DNA of 64,000 nt. Source: Patescibacteria group bacterium (GTDB lineage: Bacteria > Patescibacteriota > Microgenomatia > UBA8517). The stretch spans positions 113,092-177,091 of the forward strand of contig JBBTZT010000003.1 of assembly GCA_038061225.1 (NCBI GenBank), read 5' to 3'. Shown here piece by piece: positions 37,910 to 47,828 of this stretch. The notes beneath the pieces were generated by a model. It saw only the letters and a program-made list of their open reading frames with translations. It searched no databases and was not told where the DNA came from. How positions within the stretch are numbered: position 1 is the stretch's first letter; each line of letters begins with the position of its first letter. The position numbers and the translations under genes are program-made.

Positions 37910-38495
37910 TTTATTTACAATTTTTACAATTCTGTTTTTATTATTTGTTGTTCCAGGGTTATTGGCAAGTTTTATTAAAATGATTCCTGCAAATGATCAG
38001 CCGGGATATGGTAGTAAAGGTAGTGTTTCAATTTACGGCCAACGTGATTTTACACAGTATTTTGTGTCAAAAAATAAAAATTTAGTTGCAATTGGTACAA
38101 CTATTAAAAATCCAAATTTAAAAAACAAGAAAGATATTATTTTTAATTTGTATGATGATAGTGATAATTTAATTAGAACGACAACTTTAAATGGTTTTAA
38201 TATTGGGGATGGGGACTTTGTAAAAATAGTGTTTGAAAATGTAGTAGATTCAGAAAATAAAAAATATTATTTTATTCTTTCTTCACCTAGTGCAGGAGAT
38301 GAAGAAACAATTGGAGTATTTTTAACAGAACCAACTGATGAAATTCTAGAGTTTATATATGATGACGAAACACATCTAGGAGGTGCCCCAATTGTGACAT
38401 ATCACAAACCAGATAGTAGACTAGAAGTCATAAAAGTAGTTTATTCTAATTTATTTTCCAAACTTCTATTTCTTGATTTTCAAAGAATAAAGTAA
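37896..38495 (+). CDS. N-terminally membrane-anchored extracytoplasmic protein, unknown function
   Basis: Single N-terminal TM (IFTILFLLFVVPGLLASFI) followed by a soluble domain of about 170 aa. Confidence 0.4.
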   Translation: MNKFNLFTIFTILFLLFVVPGLLASFIKMIPANDQPGYGSKGSVSIYGQRDFTQYFVSKNKNLVAIGTTIKNPNLKNKKDIIFNLYDDSDNLIRTTTLNGFNIGDGDFVKIVFENVVDSENKKYYFILSSPSAGDEETIGVFLTEPTDEILEFIYDDETHLGGAPIVTYHKPDSRLEVIKVVYSNLFSKLLFLDFQRIK

Positions 38496-40281
38496 GTCCA
38501 ATATTTTGTAAGTCTATCTTTGGTCTTAATGCTTTTGGGAAATATAATAAATTGGTTTTAGTGGACGAAAGTGATTTACTGACTTCGTCAAGATCTTTGC
38601 TTTCAAAAATAATTTTTTTGATTTCAAGTCTTATGCGATAATCATAGCCCATGATGTCTACTTGTTCATAATCATCAAAATAAGTCCTCCTTGAAGAAAG
38701 AGCTGAAACATATGCAGTATCAAACCAATCCCATATATTTGGAATAGCTAAACCTTCATTTAAATATTGATTATATGGAGGTGTAACAATAACGGCATCT
38801 TTTCCAGAATTTTGTTTTATAAAATCTAATGCTTCAATTTCAGAGGAACTAATTTTAGTAAAAGCGGGTCGTAGATGACCTTCTGATATGTAAAATTCTT
38901 TTAATAATCTTACTTGTGTTGGAATCATTAGTATTATAATAATTGGAGTTAAAAAGATAAATTTTTTGTTAGTAACTATTTTTGAAACTGCTATTCCTGA
39001 TAATATTCCAAAAAGTAATATGAAATATTGTAAAAATTGTGAAGTATTACTGGCAATTCCTTTTTGTAAAAATAGAAGTGGTAATACAAGCGAAAGAACT
39101 ATAGATATTTTAAAAATTGCATTTGTTTTCACGAATTCCCATAAACCTAAAAATCTCATTCCCAAATTTCCAAAGAAGAAAATTAAAAAACCCATTCCTT
39201 CAAGCCAAATAACACGTTTCCAATTGTGTTCGTATATGTATGTTTGACGCCTTAATTCCCAATCTAATAGATTTAATCTTGATGGTTCAACTATCATTGT
39301 TCTGATATACCACCATGGTTCAAAGATTAAGAATGATTTTCCTGATGAATTTGGTAGATAAATAATAAGTGCTAGGATTCCACTAAATAAAGTAAGCAAA
39401 AATAATCTAAGGTCTTTATTAAATATTAAGTTCCAAGTTCCAATAATTGCTAAAGTTAATAGTAAAATAACTCCTGCATAAATTTTAAAAGCAGAAATTG
39501 TTCCAAGTAATATAAACGAAATTAGAAAATACTTAATTTGTAACTTCTTCTCTTTTTGTTCTAAAAAAGTTATCGTAAAGTAAATTGATGCTAAAAACAA
39601 AAAATTTGAAATAATTTGTGGAGGATTTCCACTTGAACTTTGTATTTGTGTTGCCCAAAAGACACTTTCACCTTTGTTGATTAAGTATCCAAAACTGCCT
39701 GCAAAATAGGTAAAAATAGTTGCCCAAATTCCGCTAGAGAAGTTTTTAGTTAATTTTTTTGTTAGGTAGAATACTGATGCTCCCAAAAATAGTGAATAGA
39801 AGAAAGGGAAAATTCTAAAATACAAATTAAAATTACTAATGTTTGTATATTTACTTACCATTGCAGGTAAGATGTCAGAGAAGAAATGATAATTTTTAAG
39901 AGGTGTACCTGCAAAAATTGGATTTTCTAATGGCCAACCTTTTTTCATTTCTTCCATTAAAGCAATATGCCATGTTCCATCATGTCCGTGGGCGCTCCAA
40001 AAGACTAAATCTCCTGATTTGTATATTCCACTTGGAGCAATGACTGCAAGCTGGCCAATGATACCAATTACAAATACTACTAATACTACCAATGAGCGAA
40101 TATTGAAGTTGATTTTGATTAATTTTACTGCTCTGATGATGGATTTAAGATATAGGATCAAAGATAAAAACAAAACAACAATGATTAAATAGGGAATATT
40201 TAGTACAATTAAGATATATGAAACTAGAGTGGCTAAAGAAAATACAAAAATTGATCCCATTAAGACAGATTCCATATTCAA
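38446..40281 (-). CDS. Family E paralog 2 (membrane plus C-terminal extracytoplasmic domain), the only minus-strand gene in the 12.6-63.3 kb block
   Basis: SAHGHDGTWHIAL, ENPIFAGTPLKNYH. Confidence 0.5.
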   Translation of the reverse strand: MNMESVLMGSIFVFSLATLVSYILIVLNIPYLIIVVLFLSLILYLKSIIRAVKLIKINFNIRSLVVLVVFVIGIIGQLAVIAPSGIYKSGDLVFWSAHGHDGTWHIALMEEMKKGWPLENPIFAGTPLKNYHFFSDILPAMVSKYTNISNFNLYFRIFPFFYSLFLGASVFYLTKKLTKNFSSGIWATIFTYFAGSFGYLINKGESVFWATQIQSSSGNPPQIISNFLFLASIYFTITFLEQKEKKLQIKYFLISFILLGTISAFKIYAGVILLLTLAIIGTWNLIFNKDLRLFLLTLFSGILALIIYLPNSSGKSFLIFEPWWYIRTMIVEPSRLNLLDWELRRQTYIYEHNWKRVIWLEGMGFLIFFFGNLGMRFLGLWEFVKTNAIFKISIVLSLVLPLLFLQKGIASNTSQFLQYFILLFGILSGIAVSKIVTNKKFIFLTPIIIILMIPTQVRLLKEFYISEGHLRPAFTKISSSEIEALDFIKQNSGKDAVIVTPPYNQYLNEGLAIPNIWDWFDTAYVSALSSRRTYFDDYEQVDIMGYDYRIRLEIKKIIFESKDLDEVSKSLSSTKTNLLYFPKALRPKIDLQNIGLTLFFENQEIEVWKIN

Positions 40282-41696
40282 ATTATATACTACTTGCGAT
40301 ATTAATACTTGGGTTTATCATTCGTGTATATAAAATTAATTCACTTCCTTTATATGGTGATGAATTAACAATTGTTTACGATTCATATAGTATTTTAAAA
40401 ACTGGAATGGATCAAACAGGACAGTTTCTACCGTTAACATTTAAAATGGGTGCAGGTAGGCCTGCAGGCTATGTTTACGGTAGTATACCGTTTATAGCTA
40501 TTTTTGGACCTACTGTTTGGGGAGTCAGGGGTTTATCACTTCTATCTGGACTAGGAATAATTATTTTGATGTATTTTTTAGGAAAGAAGTTGTTTAGCCA
40601 AAAGATAGGATTAATGGCTTCATTTTTAACTTCAGTCTCGCTATGGGATATTTATTTATCTCGTGCTGGGTTTGAAGCACATTTTGCATTATTTTTAACT
40701 CTTTTCGGAGGTGTTATGTTTTTGTATAAAAAATATATATTTATGGCAATACTTTTTGGTGTAGCAATATTTACCTATCCAACCTTTAAATTAACTATTC
40801 CATTATTATTTTTAGCCTTTATATTTTTTTCAGAAATAAAAAGAACATTTCAAAACAAAACTTTTCTTTTATCTCTTGCAGTTTTAGCTGTCTTTGCGGG
40901 ATTTTCTCTAAAAGAAACAATAAATGGTGTGTCTGATAATAGATTTTTTAATATAAACACCTTTTCTGATTCTAATTTAAAAGAAAGTATTATTCAAAAA
41001 ATTAATGAAGAAAGAAATCTTTCAACATTGCCAGAATCTATTAAACCATTCATTTATAATAAACCATTAAAATATTCTCGAATTCTTTTTGAGAATTATA
41101 TGGAAAATTTATCACCTCAGTTTTTATATTTAAGAGGCGACAGGAATCCTCGACACAACCCAGGTGAGTGGGGAATGTTATATCTAGTTGAATTACCACT
41201 TTTATTTGTAGGATTATACTTTTTATTTAAAGATAATAAAAAAGCTTTAGTGTTATTAATATCTTGGATATTAATTACGCCACTTGCCACTATGTTTTTA
41301 GGACAAACTCATGCGCTTCGAAATAATTTGATGTTGCCTCCTTTTATTTTAATTTCAGCTTATGGATTATTAAGTGTTTCAAATAAATTAAAAAATGTAT
41401 TTATTTTCTTAATATTAATACAACTCATTGGTGTTTTAATGGTGGTTTATTTCTTCGCGCCAAATAAGTTTGGAAGTTTTTGGTCACTTGAGGCAAAAAC
41501 TGCATCCTTAAAAGCTATTAACACTGACAAAAATCAACGAGTTGTGCTCGCGACAAGCATAGACAATATAGAATATGCATACCCAGTTTATGCAAAAATA
41601 GACCCAAAAGAAGTGATAGCTCAATATGGCAAATTTCCTAAAAAATATAACAATGTAATAATTTCAAATGAGATTCAGCAAAGCTATGAAAAATAG
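40218..41696 (+). CDS. GT-C membrane glycosyltransferase (GT39-like), family C paralog 1 (start may be TTG 40251)
   Basis: LPLYGDELTIVYDSYSIL first loop. Confidence 0.55.
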   Translation: MKLEWLKKIQKLIPLRQIPYSNYILLAILILGFIIRVYKINSLPLYGDELTIVYDSYSILKTGMDQTGQFLPLTFKMGAGRPAGYVYGSIPFIAIFGPTVWGVRGLSLLSGLGIIILMYFLGKKLFSQKIGLMASFLTSVSLWDIYLSRAGFEAHFALFLTLFGGVMFLYKKYIFMAILFGVAIFTYPTFKLTIPLLFLAFIFFSEIKRTFQNKTFLLSLAVLAVFAGFSLKETINGVSDNRFFNINTFSDSNLKESIIQKINEERNLSTLPESIKPFIYNKPLKYSRILFENYMENLSPQFLYLRGDRNPRHNPGEWGMLYLVELPLLFVGLYFLFKDNKKALVLLISWILITPLATMFLGQTHALRNNLMLPPFILISAYGLLSVSNKLKNVFIFLILIQLIGVLMVVYFFAPNKFGSFWSLEAKTASLKAINTDKNQRVVLATSIDNIEYAYPVYAKIDPKEVIAQYGKFPKKYNNVIISNEIQQSYEK

Positions 41697-43314
41697 ATTT
41701 ATATTAACATTAATTATTGCTTTAAGTTTCTTTTTACGAATATACAAAATTACTTCTATTCCACCATCCTTGAATTGGGATGAGACTTCAATTGGATACA
41801 ACGCATATAGCATTATGTTGACTGGCAAAGATGAATGGGGGGAGTTTGTGCCACTTCATTTTAAATCATTTGGAGAATATAAACTTCCAGCTCAAATATA
41901 TGCTTCAATTCCGGGAATATATTTTTTTGGTCTTAATGAATTAGGAGTTAGAATCACTCCTGTTGTTTATGGTACTTTAACCGTCTTACTTTTGTACTTA
42001 TTGTTGCAGCGACTTTACAACCTACGTCCTATATCCCTGATCGGCACGTTTCTTCTCGCAATATCCCCGTGGCACATACAATTAACAAGAGCTTCTTTTG
42101 AATCATCCTTTTCTCTGTTTTGGTTTTTGATGGCGATTTGGTTTTTGATTAAAGGATTTAAAAAACCAAAATGGCTTGTTATTTCAACAATTCCGTTTGT
42201 AATATCCGTTTATACATATAATACCGCTAGGGTTTTCACACCATTGTTCTTATTTGTGTTTTATCTTATTAACTACAAATTTATGTTAAAGAATTTTAAA
42301 TATGCTCTTTTTGGTTTTTTGACATTTGTAGCTTTAGCAATCCCAATTATTCCATTTGTTATATCGGGTGATGCTGCAGCAAGATATAAATTAGTAAGTA
42401 TTACAGATGACAAGGGACTAGTACCTAGAATTGAGGAGAGAAGAAATTTATCAAAACTACCACCATCTCTAACTAAATTAATACATAATAGATATACATA
42501 TAATACATATTATTTCTCCAAAAATTATTTAGCTCATTTTACTCCTAGTTTTTTATTTTTAGATGGAGCTGGACATAAACAACATCATGTTCAAGGCGTT
42601 GGGGAATTGTACTGGATCCAAGCACCGTTTTTGATTTATGGGTTGTATTTATTAATAAAAAGAAAAGATAGATCATTAAAAATTTTATTACCGTGGTTAC
42701 TTTTAGCTTTTGTACCTGTATCAATGACCAATGATAGTATTCCAAATGCGCTTCGCACTCTAATTGCTGTACCTGTTTACCAAATTTTTTCAGCAGTAGG
42801 AATATTTGAATTTTTTAAATTTAAAAGATACAAAAAAATAATTTTAAGTTTGTCTGTAATTTTGTTTATAGTTAATTTTTATATGTTTGCTATTAATCTC
42901 TATATCCTATACCCTATACGCTATTCAAAGGATTGGCAGTATGGCAATTCCCAAGTTGTAGAATATATAAAAAATAACCAAGATAAATATGATTTAGTTG
43001 TTTATACAAGAAGTTATGGTGAGCCACATATTTTTACTCTTTTTAATTTGAAATATGATCCCGCAAAATATCAAAATAGTCCAAATCTTAATCGTTTTGA
43101 AACTTTTGATTGGGTAAGAGTATTAAAATTTGATAAATACTATTTTCCAGATTTGGGAGATAAAGGAACAAAGTATGAAGATATAGTTCGCGCAAATCCA
43201 GACACAAAAATATTATTTGTAGGTAAGTCTGGTGATTTTCCAGAAAGTGCAATAATATTAGAAAGGATAAACTTTTTAAATGGTGAAGAAGCTTTTGAGA
43301 TTACTACAAACTAA
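41668..43314 (+). CDS. Family C paralog 2
   Basis: SLNWDETSIGYNAYSIM...DEWGEFVPLHFKSFGE. Confidence 0.55.
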   Translation: MRFSKAMKNRFILTLIIALSFFLRIYKITSIPPSLNWDETSIGYNAYSIMLTGKDEWGEFVPLHFKSFGEYKLPAQIYASIPGIYFFGLNELGVRITPVVYGTLTVLLLYLLLQRLYNLRPISLIGTFLLAISPWHIQLTRASFESSFSLFWFLMAIWFLIKGFKKPKWLVISTIPFVISVYTYNTARVFTPLFLFVFYLINYKFMLKNFKYALFGFLTFVALAIPIIPFVISGDAAARYKLVSITDDKGLVPRIEERRNLSKLPPSLTKLIHNRYTYNTYYFSKNYLAHFTPSFLFLDGAGHKQHHVQGVGELYWIQAPFLIYGLYLLIKRKDRSLKILLPWLLLAFVPVSMTNDSIPNALRTLIAVPVYQIFSAVGIFEFFKFKRYKKIILSLSVILFIVNFYMFAINLYILYPIRYSKDWQYGNSQVVEYIKNNQDKYDLVVYTRSYGEPHIFTLFNLKYDPAKYQNSPNLNRFETFDWVRVLKFDKYYFPDLGDKGTKYEDIVRANPDTKILFVGKSGDFPESAIILERINFLNGEEAFEITTN

Positions 43315-44701
43315 TTTTGTTTTGATTTTAATTTGTTTATTGTTTTTGGGAACTAGACTTTTTAAAATAGACACAATTCCTTCTTCTGTTTACTGGGATG
43401 AGGCATCAATTGGTTATAATGCATATAGTATTTTACAAACTGGTAGAGATGAATGGGGGGAGTTTATGCCACTTCATTTTAGAGCTTTTGGTGAATTTAA
43501 ACTACCTGTTTATATTTATTCTGTTATGTTTACAGAGTCTATTTTTGGTTTAACTCCATTTGCTGTACGTTTGCCATCGGTTATTTATGGTTTGTTATCA
43601 GTCATTGGTTTGTACCTAGTAGTTTTAGAATTAACAAAAAACCTGCCTGCGCAGGCAGGCAAATTATTATCTCTCTTTTCTTCTTATCTTTTTTCTATTT
43701 CACCTTGGTTTTTTATCTTTTCAAGGACAGGATATGAAGCAACTGCAGGATTAGCGTTTTTTATCTGGGCAATTTATTTAATAATTAGAAATAAATTAAT
43801 TTTAGCGACTCTTTTATTCATTGGATCTGCTTATAGTTACAATAGCTTTAGAATATTAACACCTTTAGTACTTGGTCCAGCGCTACTGTATTTTTTACTA
43901 GGAACTAGCAAGCTTCGCTTATTAAAGAAAAGATTTACTGTTGTTGTAGTTTCGATATTATTTTTGTTGATAAGCATTTTTCCACTATATAAATTATACA
44001 AACAGGATTCAGGACTATCGAGGCTGCAAACAGTTGGATCAAAAAACATTGTCCAAAATTATATAAAAAACTTTTCTCCTGACTTTTTGTTTATTACAGG
44101 AGATACAAACCCCAGAAGTCAAATGCTAAATACAGGACAGTTATATTATTTAGATGCAATATTTTTAGTTTTAGGAATAATATACATTCTAAAGAAAAAA
44201 GATAGAAAACTATATTATATTTTAGCCATTTTATTACTGGCTCCAATTCCTGCCAGTATTACAAAAGAAAATCCACATGCCTTGCGTTCTATTTTAATGA
44301 GTCCAATAATGTCGGTAATATCTGCAATCGGAATTTATTATTTATCTAATTTTTTTAAAAAACAAAAACAATTAATTTTTGTTACTGTTCTTGTTTTGTA
44401 CTCACTTTGTTTTGAAAATTATATGTACAAATTCGCTACTCAATATAACAACTTATCATCATCTTCGTGGCAGATTGAATACAAACAAATATTTCAAAAA
44501 CAAAAAAGTGGATGTGTTTTTGATGAATTTGCTCAGCCTTATATTTTTGCACTTTTCTACGGCGTAGACGATGAAATGAATAAAGTTGATCCAAATTATT
44601 TTATCGCGTCTCGCGTTTTAAATCCTGTTTCAGACTGGGGCTTTTCAACTGTCGCATCGTTCGGTAATTATACTTTTCCAAAATTATGTCAAACAAAATA
44701 A
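43280..44701 (+). CDS. Family C paralog 3 (carries the 18-bp palindrome insertion)
   Basis: SVYWDEASIGYNAYSIL...DEWGEFMPLHFRAFGE. Confidence 0.55.
   Translation: MVKKLLRLLQTNFVLILICLLFLGTRLFKIDTIPSSVYWDEASIGYNAYSILQTGRDEWGEFMPLHFRAFGEFKLPVYIYSVMFTESIFGLTPFAVRLPSVIYGLLSVIGLYLVVLELTKNLPAQAGKLLSLFSSYLFSISPWFFIFSRTGYEATAGLAFFIWAIYLIIRNKLILATLLFIGSAYSYNSFRILTPLVLGPALLYFLLGTSKLRLLKKRFTVVVVSILFLLISIFPLYKLYKQDSGLSRLQTVGSKNIVQNYIKNFSPDFLFITGDTNPRSQMLNTGQLYYLDAIFLVLGIIYILKKKDRKLYYILAILLLAPIPASITKENPHALRSILMSPIMSVISAIGIYYLSNFFKKQKQLIFVTVLVLYSLCFENYMYKFATQYNNLSSSSWQIEYKQIFQKQKSGCVFDEFAQPYIFALFYGVDDEMNKVDPNYFIASRVLNPVSDWGFSTVASFGNYTFPKLCQTK
43642..43659. repeat. 18-bp perfect palindrome CCTGCCTGCGCAGGCAGG (copy 2), in-frame insertion in a GT-C gene
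   Basis: Identical to copy 1; encodes LPAQAG in the same codon phase. Confidence 0.9.
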
Positions 44702-46287
44702 CTTACATACTGCTAGGGTTAATTATTACTTTTGCTGGGTTCTTGCGATTTTACAAACTTGATCAAATACCAATATCTTTAAATTGGGATGAAGTAGCAG
44801 CTGGCTATAATGCATACACTATTGCAAACTGGGGGGCTGATGAGTATGGAAATAAATTTCCAATTATATTTAAGTCGTTTGCCGATGACAAGCATCCAGT
44901 ACATATTTATTTAACAGCAGTAGTAGTTAAATTGTTTGGTCTGACTGATTTTAATATTCGCGCAACAAGCGCTGGAATTGGTGTTTTATCTGTATTTGCA
45001 ATATTCTTTTTGGCTAGAGAGTTGTTTAAAAGTGATTTGGCCGGGTTATTATCCTCGTTATTTCTTGCTGTCTCTCCATATCACATTCATTTTTCAAGAG
45101 GTCTTTGGGAAAATAATTTTGCACTATTCTTTTTAATAGGAGGATTGTCTTTATTTTACGTAGGTATACGAAAAAAGAACTATTTGTTTCCTATTTCGTT
45201 CGTATTTTTTGGTTTAAGTTTTTTTTCATACCACTCAGCCAAAATTGTGGTTCCGATAGTTGTGTTAATTGCCTCTTTACTTAATATCAAAAAAATATTT
45301 ACCAACAAAAAGATGCTTATTCTATCTATTGTGGTTACTCTGTTTTTTGCAGGTTTGATAATAGCTGAACCAAAGATTTTAGGGTTTGCTAGGATTAATC
45401 AAACAAAATTTTCAGAGGAAATGATTGCAAAAAGTGGAGATGAAATAAACATTATTTTAAATAATTACAAAAAATACTTTAGTTATTCATATTTATTTCA
45501 AACTGGAGATTTAGGGCCAAGGGCTTCAGTAAAAGTAATTGGAGAGTTTTATAAAATTGATTTAATTTTGTTTTTTGCAGGTTTAATTGCCTTGTTTGTT
45601 AAGCGAAAGTGGCAAGCAATGATACTTATATTAATTTGGTTACTAATATCTCCAATTCCTGGGGCAGTATCATCATTTGATCCAAGTGCAATTAGAGGAA
45701 TATTTATGATAGGGCCAGTAATGTTATTGTCTGCTGTTGGTGCATCTTCAATTGTGATGTTGTTTAAGAATAAACAAAGCTTGGCCAAATATAAATTTGG
45801 TAAGCTACTGCAAACAATATCGTTAATATTAATTTTAATATTAGTAGGTAAAGAGGCAACAAACTATTTAAATTATTATTCAAAAATTTATCCAATCAAA
45901 GAAGCTATTGAATGGCAGTATGGAATGAAGCAGATAGTTGAATATACAAAAGAAGATAAAAATTTTTATAAAATGTATGTAGACAATATTAGACAACAAC
46001 CATATATTTATTTTCTATACTACCAAAAAGTTTCACTCCCAGAACTTTTAAAAACTGTAAAATATGATGAAAGTAATTCAAAAAGTTTTAATACAGTTCT
46101 GTCGTTTGGAAAATATCAGTTTGGAGGATGGAACATTATTAATAGTTATCCAAATGCTGAAATACTGTATGCAATTACACCAAGCTATTACACAGGACTT
46201 AGATATATCCAGCAATTTGACCTAGATAAGCTTATTAAGTATCCTGATAAGACAGACGCATTTTATATAGTAGAAGGGCATCAATGA
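44686..46287 (+). CDS. Family C paralog 4
   Basis: SLNWDEVAAGYNAYTIA...DEYGNKFPIIFKSF. Confidence 0.55.
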   Translation: MSNKITYILLGLIITFAGFLRFYKLDQIPISLNWDEVAAGYNAYTIANWGADEYGNKFPIIFKSFADDKHPVHIYLTAVVVKLFGLTDFNIRATSAGIGVLSVFAIFFLARELFKSDLAGLLSSLFLAVSPYHIHFSRGLWENNFALFFLIGGLSLFYVGIRKKNYLFPISFVFFGLSFFSYHSAKIVVPIVVLIASLLNIKKIFTNKKMLILSIVVTLFFAGLIIAEPKILGFARINQTKFSEEMIAKSGDEINIILNNYKKYFSYSYLFQTGDLGPRASVKVIGEFYKIDLILFFAGLIALFVKRKWQAMILILIWLLISPIPGAVSSFDPSAIRGIFMIGPVMLLSAVGASSIVMLFKNKQSLAKYKFGKLLQTISLILILILVGKEATNYLNYYSKIYPIKEAIEWQYGMKQIVEYTKEDKNFYKMYVDNIRQQPYIYFLYYQKVSLPELLKTVKYDESNSKSFNTVLSFGKYQFGGWNIINSYPNAEILYAITPSYYTGLRYIQQFDLDKLIKYPDKTDAFYIVEGHQ

Positions 46288-47141
46288 TTAAAACTATGAA
46301 CAAAATAAAATTAAGTGTAGTGTTAGCTACAAGAAACGAAGAAGAAAATATTGCAAAGTGTTTGGAATCAGTCCGCCAGCTGGCGGATGAAATTATTATT
46401 TTTGATGAGTATTCTACAGATAAAACAAGAGAAATTGCAGAAAAGTTTGGCGCAAAAGTATTTCTTGAACCTCATCATGATATTTTTCATATAACTAAAC
46501 AAAAAGCACTAGAAAAAGCAAAAGGTGAATGGGTATTACAGCTTGATGCAGATGAAGTGGTATCTCATGAACTTAGAAAGCAAATTATTGCAGTAAGTAA
46601 TCATCAATCACCAATTGTTAATAATAATCCACTTTTTCTTAGACACCAGAAGTTAATTGAAAAAAGAGACGGTAAAATAGGCAAAGATAATGGAGAAGTT
46701 GTTGGCTATTTTATTCCCAGAAGGAATATGTTTTTGGGTAAACCCTTAATTCATGCAGGTGTATACCCTGATGGGGTAATTAGACTAGTTAAAAAAGGTT
46801 TTGCCAAGTTTCCATCTAAATCAGTCCATGAACAAATTGAACTTGATGGAAAAGTGGGTTGGTTAAACGGAGATTTGTTACATTTCGATTCCCCAACTTT
46901 AAAAAGATATTTCATGAGGTTAAATAGATATACAGATATTCAGGCTGAAGAGTTGAGTTCTAAAGAACTACCAAAAAGTATTTGGTCTTTTTATCTGTTC
47001 ACTGTCCACAAACCACTAATCACTTTTTGTTCACTGTTCCTGCGCCATAAAGGTTTTCTTGATGGAGTAAATGGTTTTCTTTGGAGTTTGTTTTCTTCTT
47101 GGCATTTCCCAATTGCATATTTTAAATACATTACTTCTTGA
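46284..47141 (+). CDS. GT2 family glycosyltransferase
   Basis: LSVVLATRNEEENI...IIFDEYSTDKT...LDADE...GFLDGVNG. Confidence 0.65.
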   Translation: MIKTMNKIKLSVVLATRNEEENIAKCLESVRQLADEIIIFDEYSTDKTREIAEKFGAKVFLEPHHDIFHITKQKALEKAKGEWVLQLDADEVVSHELRKQIIAVSNHQSPIVNNNPLFLRHQKLIEKRDGKIGKDNGEVVGYFIPRRNMFLGKPLIHAGVYPDGVIRLVKKGFAKFPSKSVHEQIELDGKVGWLNGDLLHFDSPTLKRYFMRLNRYTDIQAEELSSKELPKSIWSFYLFTVHKPLITFCSLFLRHKGFLDGVNGFLWSLFSSWHFPIAYFKYITS

Positions 47142-47179
47142 CATCTGTCATAGTTCTGTCATAATTGTGACATATGACA
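47138..47179 (+). promoter_or_regulatory. Promoter/operator of the TA module: TTGACA-17-ATAATT overlapping four TGTCA/TGACA half-sites
   Basis: TGTCATA at 47146 and 47157, TGACAT/ATGACA at 47168-47179. The -10 lies 7 nt upstream of the ATG. Confidence 0.45.
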
Positions 47180-47458
47180 CAGCAATTAATAACAATGGAA
47201 TCATTTGCTTCTGTTCAGGAAGCTCAAGCTGGAATAACAAAATTATTTACTAGAGCCAAGGACAAAGGCAAATTTGTACGAGTAATGAGAAATCAGGAAC
47301 CACTTGGGGTATTAATCCCAAACGTACTTTGGGAGTCACTTCTCGAAGATATTGAAGCTCTATCAAGTCCAAATTATATAAAAGCGATTGCTAATTCTAG
47401 AAAATCAAAAAGATTATATTCTTCAGATGAAGTTAAAGAAATACTGGGCTATAATTAA
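47174..47458 (+). CDS. Type II antitoxin, Phd/YefM family
   Basis: FVRVMRNQEPLGVLIPNVLWESLLEDIEAL matches the YefM fold pattern; placed directly upstream of the toxin. Confidence 0.75.
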   Translation: MTQQLITMESFASVQEAQAGITKLFTRAKDKGKFVRVMRNQEPLGVLIPNVLWESLLEDIEALSSPNYIKAIANSRKSKRLYSSDEVKEILGYN

Positions 47459-47461
47459 TTA

Positions 47462-47713
47462 GTGTATTCTTACGAATTTAAGACTAAAGCATTAAAGCAA
47501 CTTAAAAAACTGGATAAAACTGTCCAGAAAAAGATTGTTTGTAAATTGGATCAAATATCTAAAGAAGAGATTTTATTTAGTAACAGAAGGCTAACAAAAT
47601 TTAAAATTGGTTCATACAGGTTAAGAATTGGTGATTATCGCGTAATTTATGATATTGACGGTAAAATGATAACTGTTTTATTGTTGGGACACAGAAAAGA
47701 TATTTATAAATAA
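47462..47713 (+). CDS. Type II toxin, RelE/ParE family (GTG start)
   Basis: YRLRIGDYRVIYDIDGKMITVLLLGHRKDIY signature. Confidence 0.8.
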   Translation: MYSYEFKTKALKQLKKLDKTVQKKIVCKLDQISKEEILFSNRRLTKFKIGSYRLRIGDYRVIYDIDGKMITVLLLGHRKDIYK

Positions 47714-47718
47714 ATAAT

Positions 47719-47820
47719 ATGGATTTGAAAAATAAAGTGGTTGTAGTTACAGATGATGATTTAAGAGGTAAAGAAAGGGTTTTTAGAATAGATAGAATTT
47801 TGGAAGTAAAGTACGTATAA
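47719..47820 (+). pseudogene. 33-codon ORF that is a diverged duplicate of the 5' end of the downstream SDR gene
   Basis: MDLKNKVVVVTDDDLRGKERV versus SDR MNLKNKVVVVTGATGGIGRELV. Confidence 0.4.
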
Positions 47821-47828
47821 TTAGTAAA

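Noticed and set aside
47210-47232. The AQAG peptide in the antitoxin (QEAQAG) resembles the LPAQAG encoded by the 18-bp palindrome
   Set aside because: The nucleotide sequence is different (CAGGAAGCTCAAGCTGGA). It is a protein-level coincidence only.
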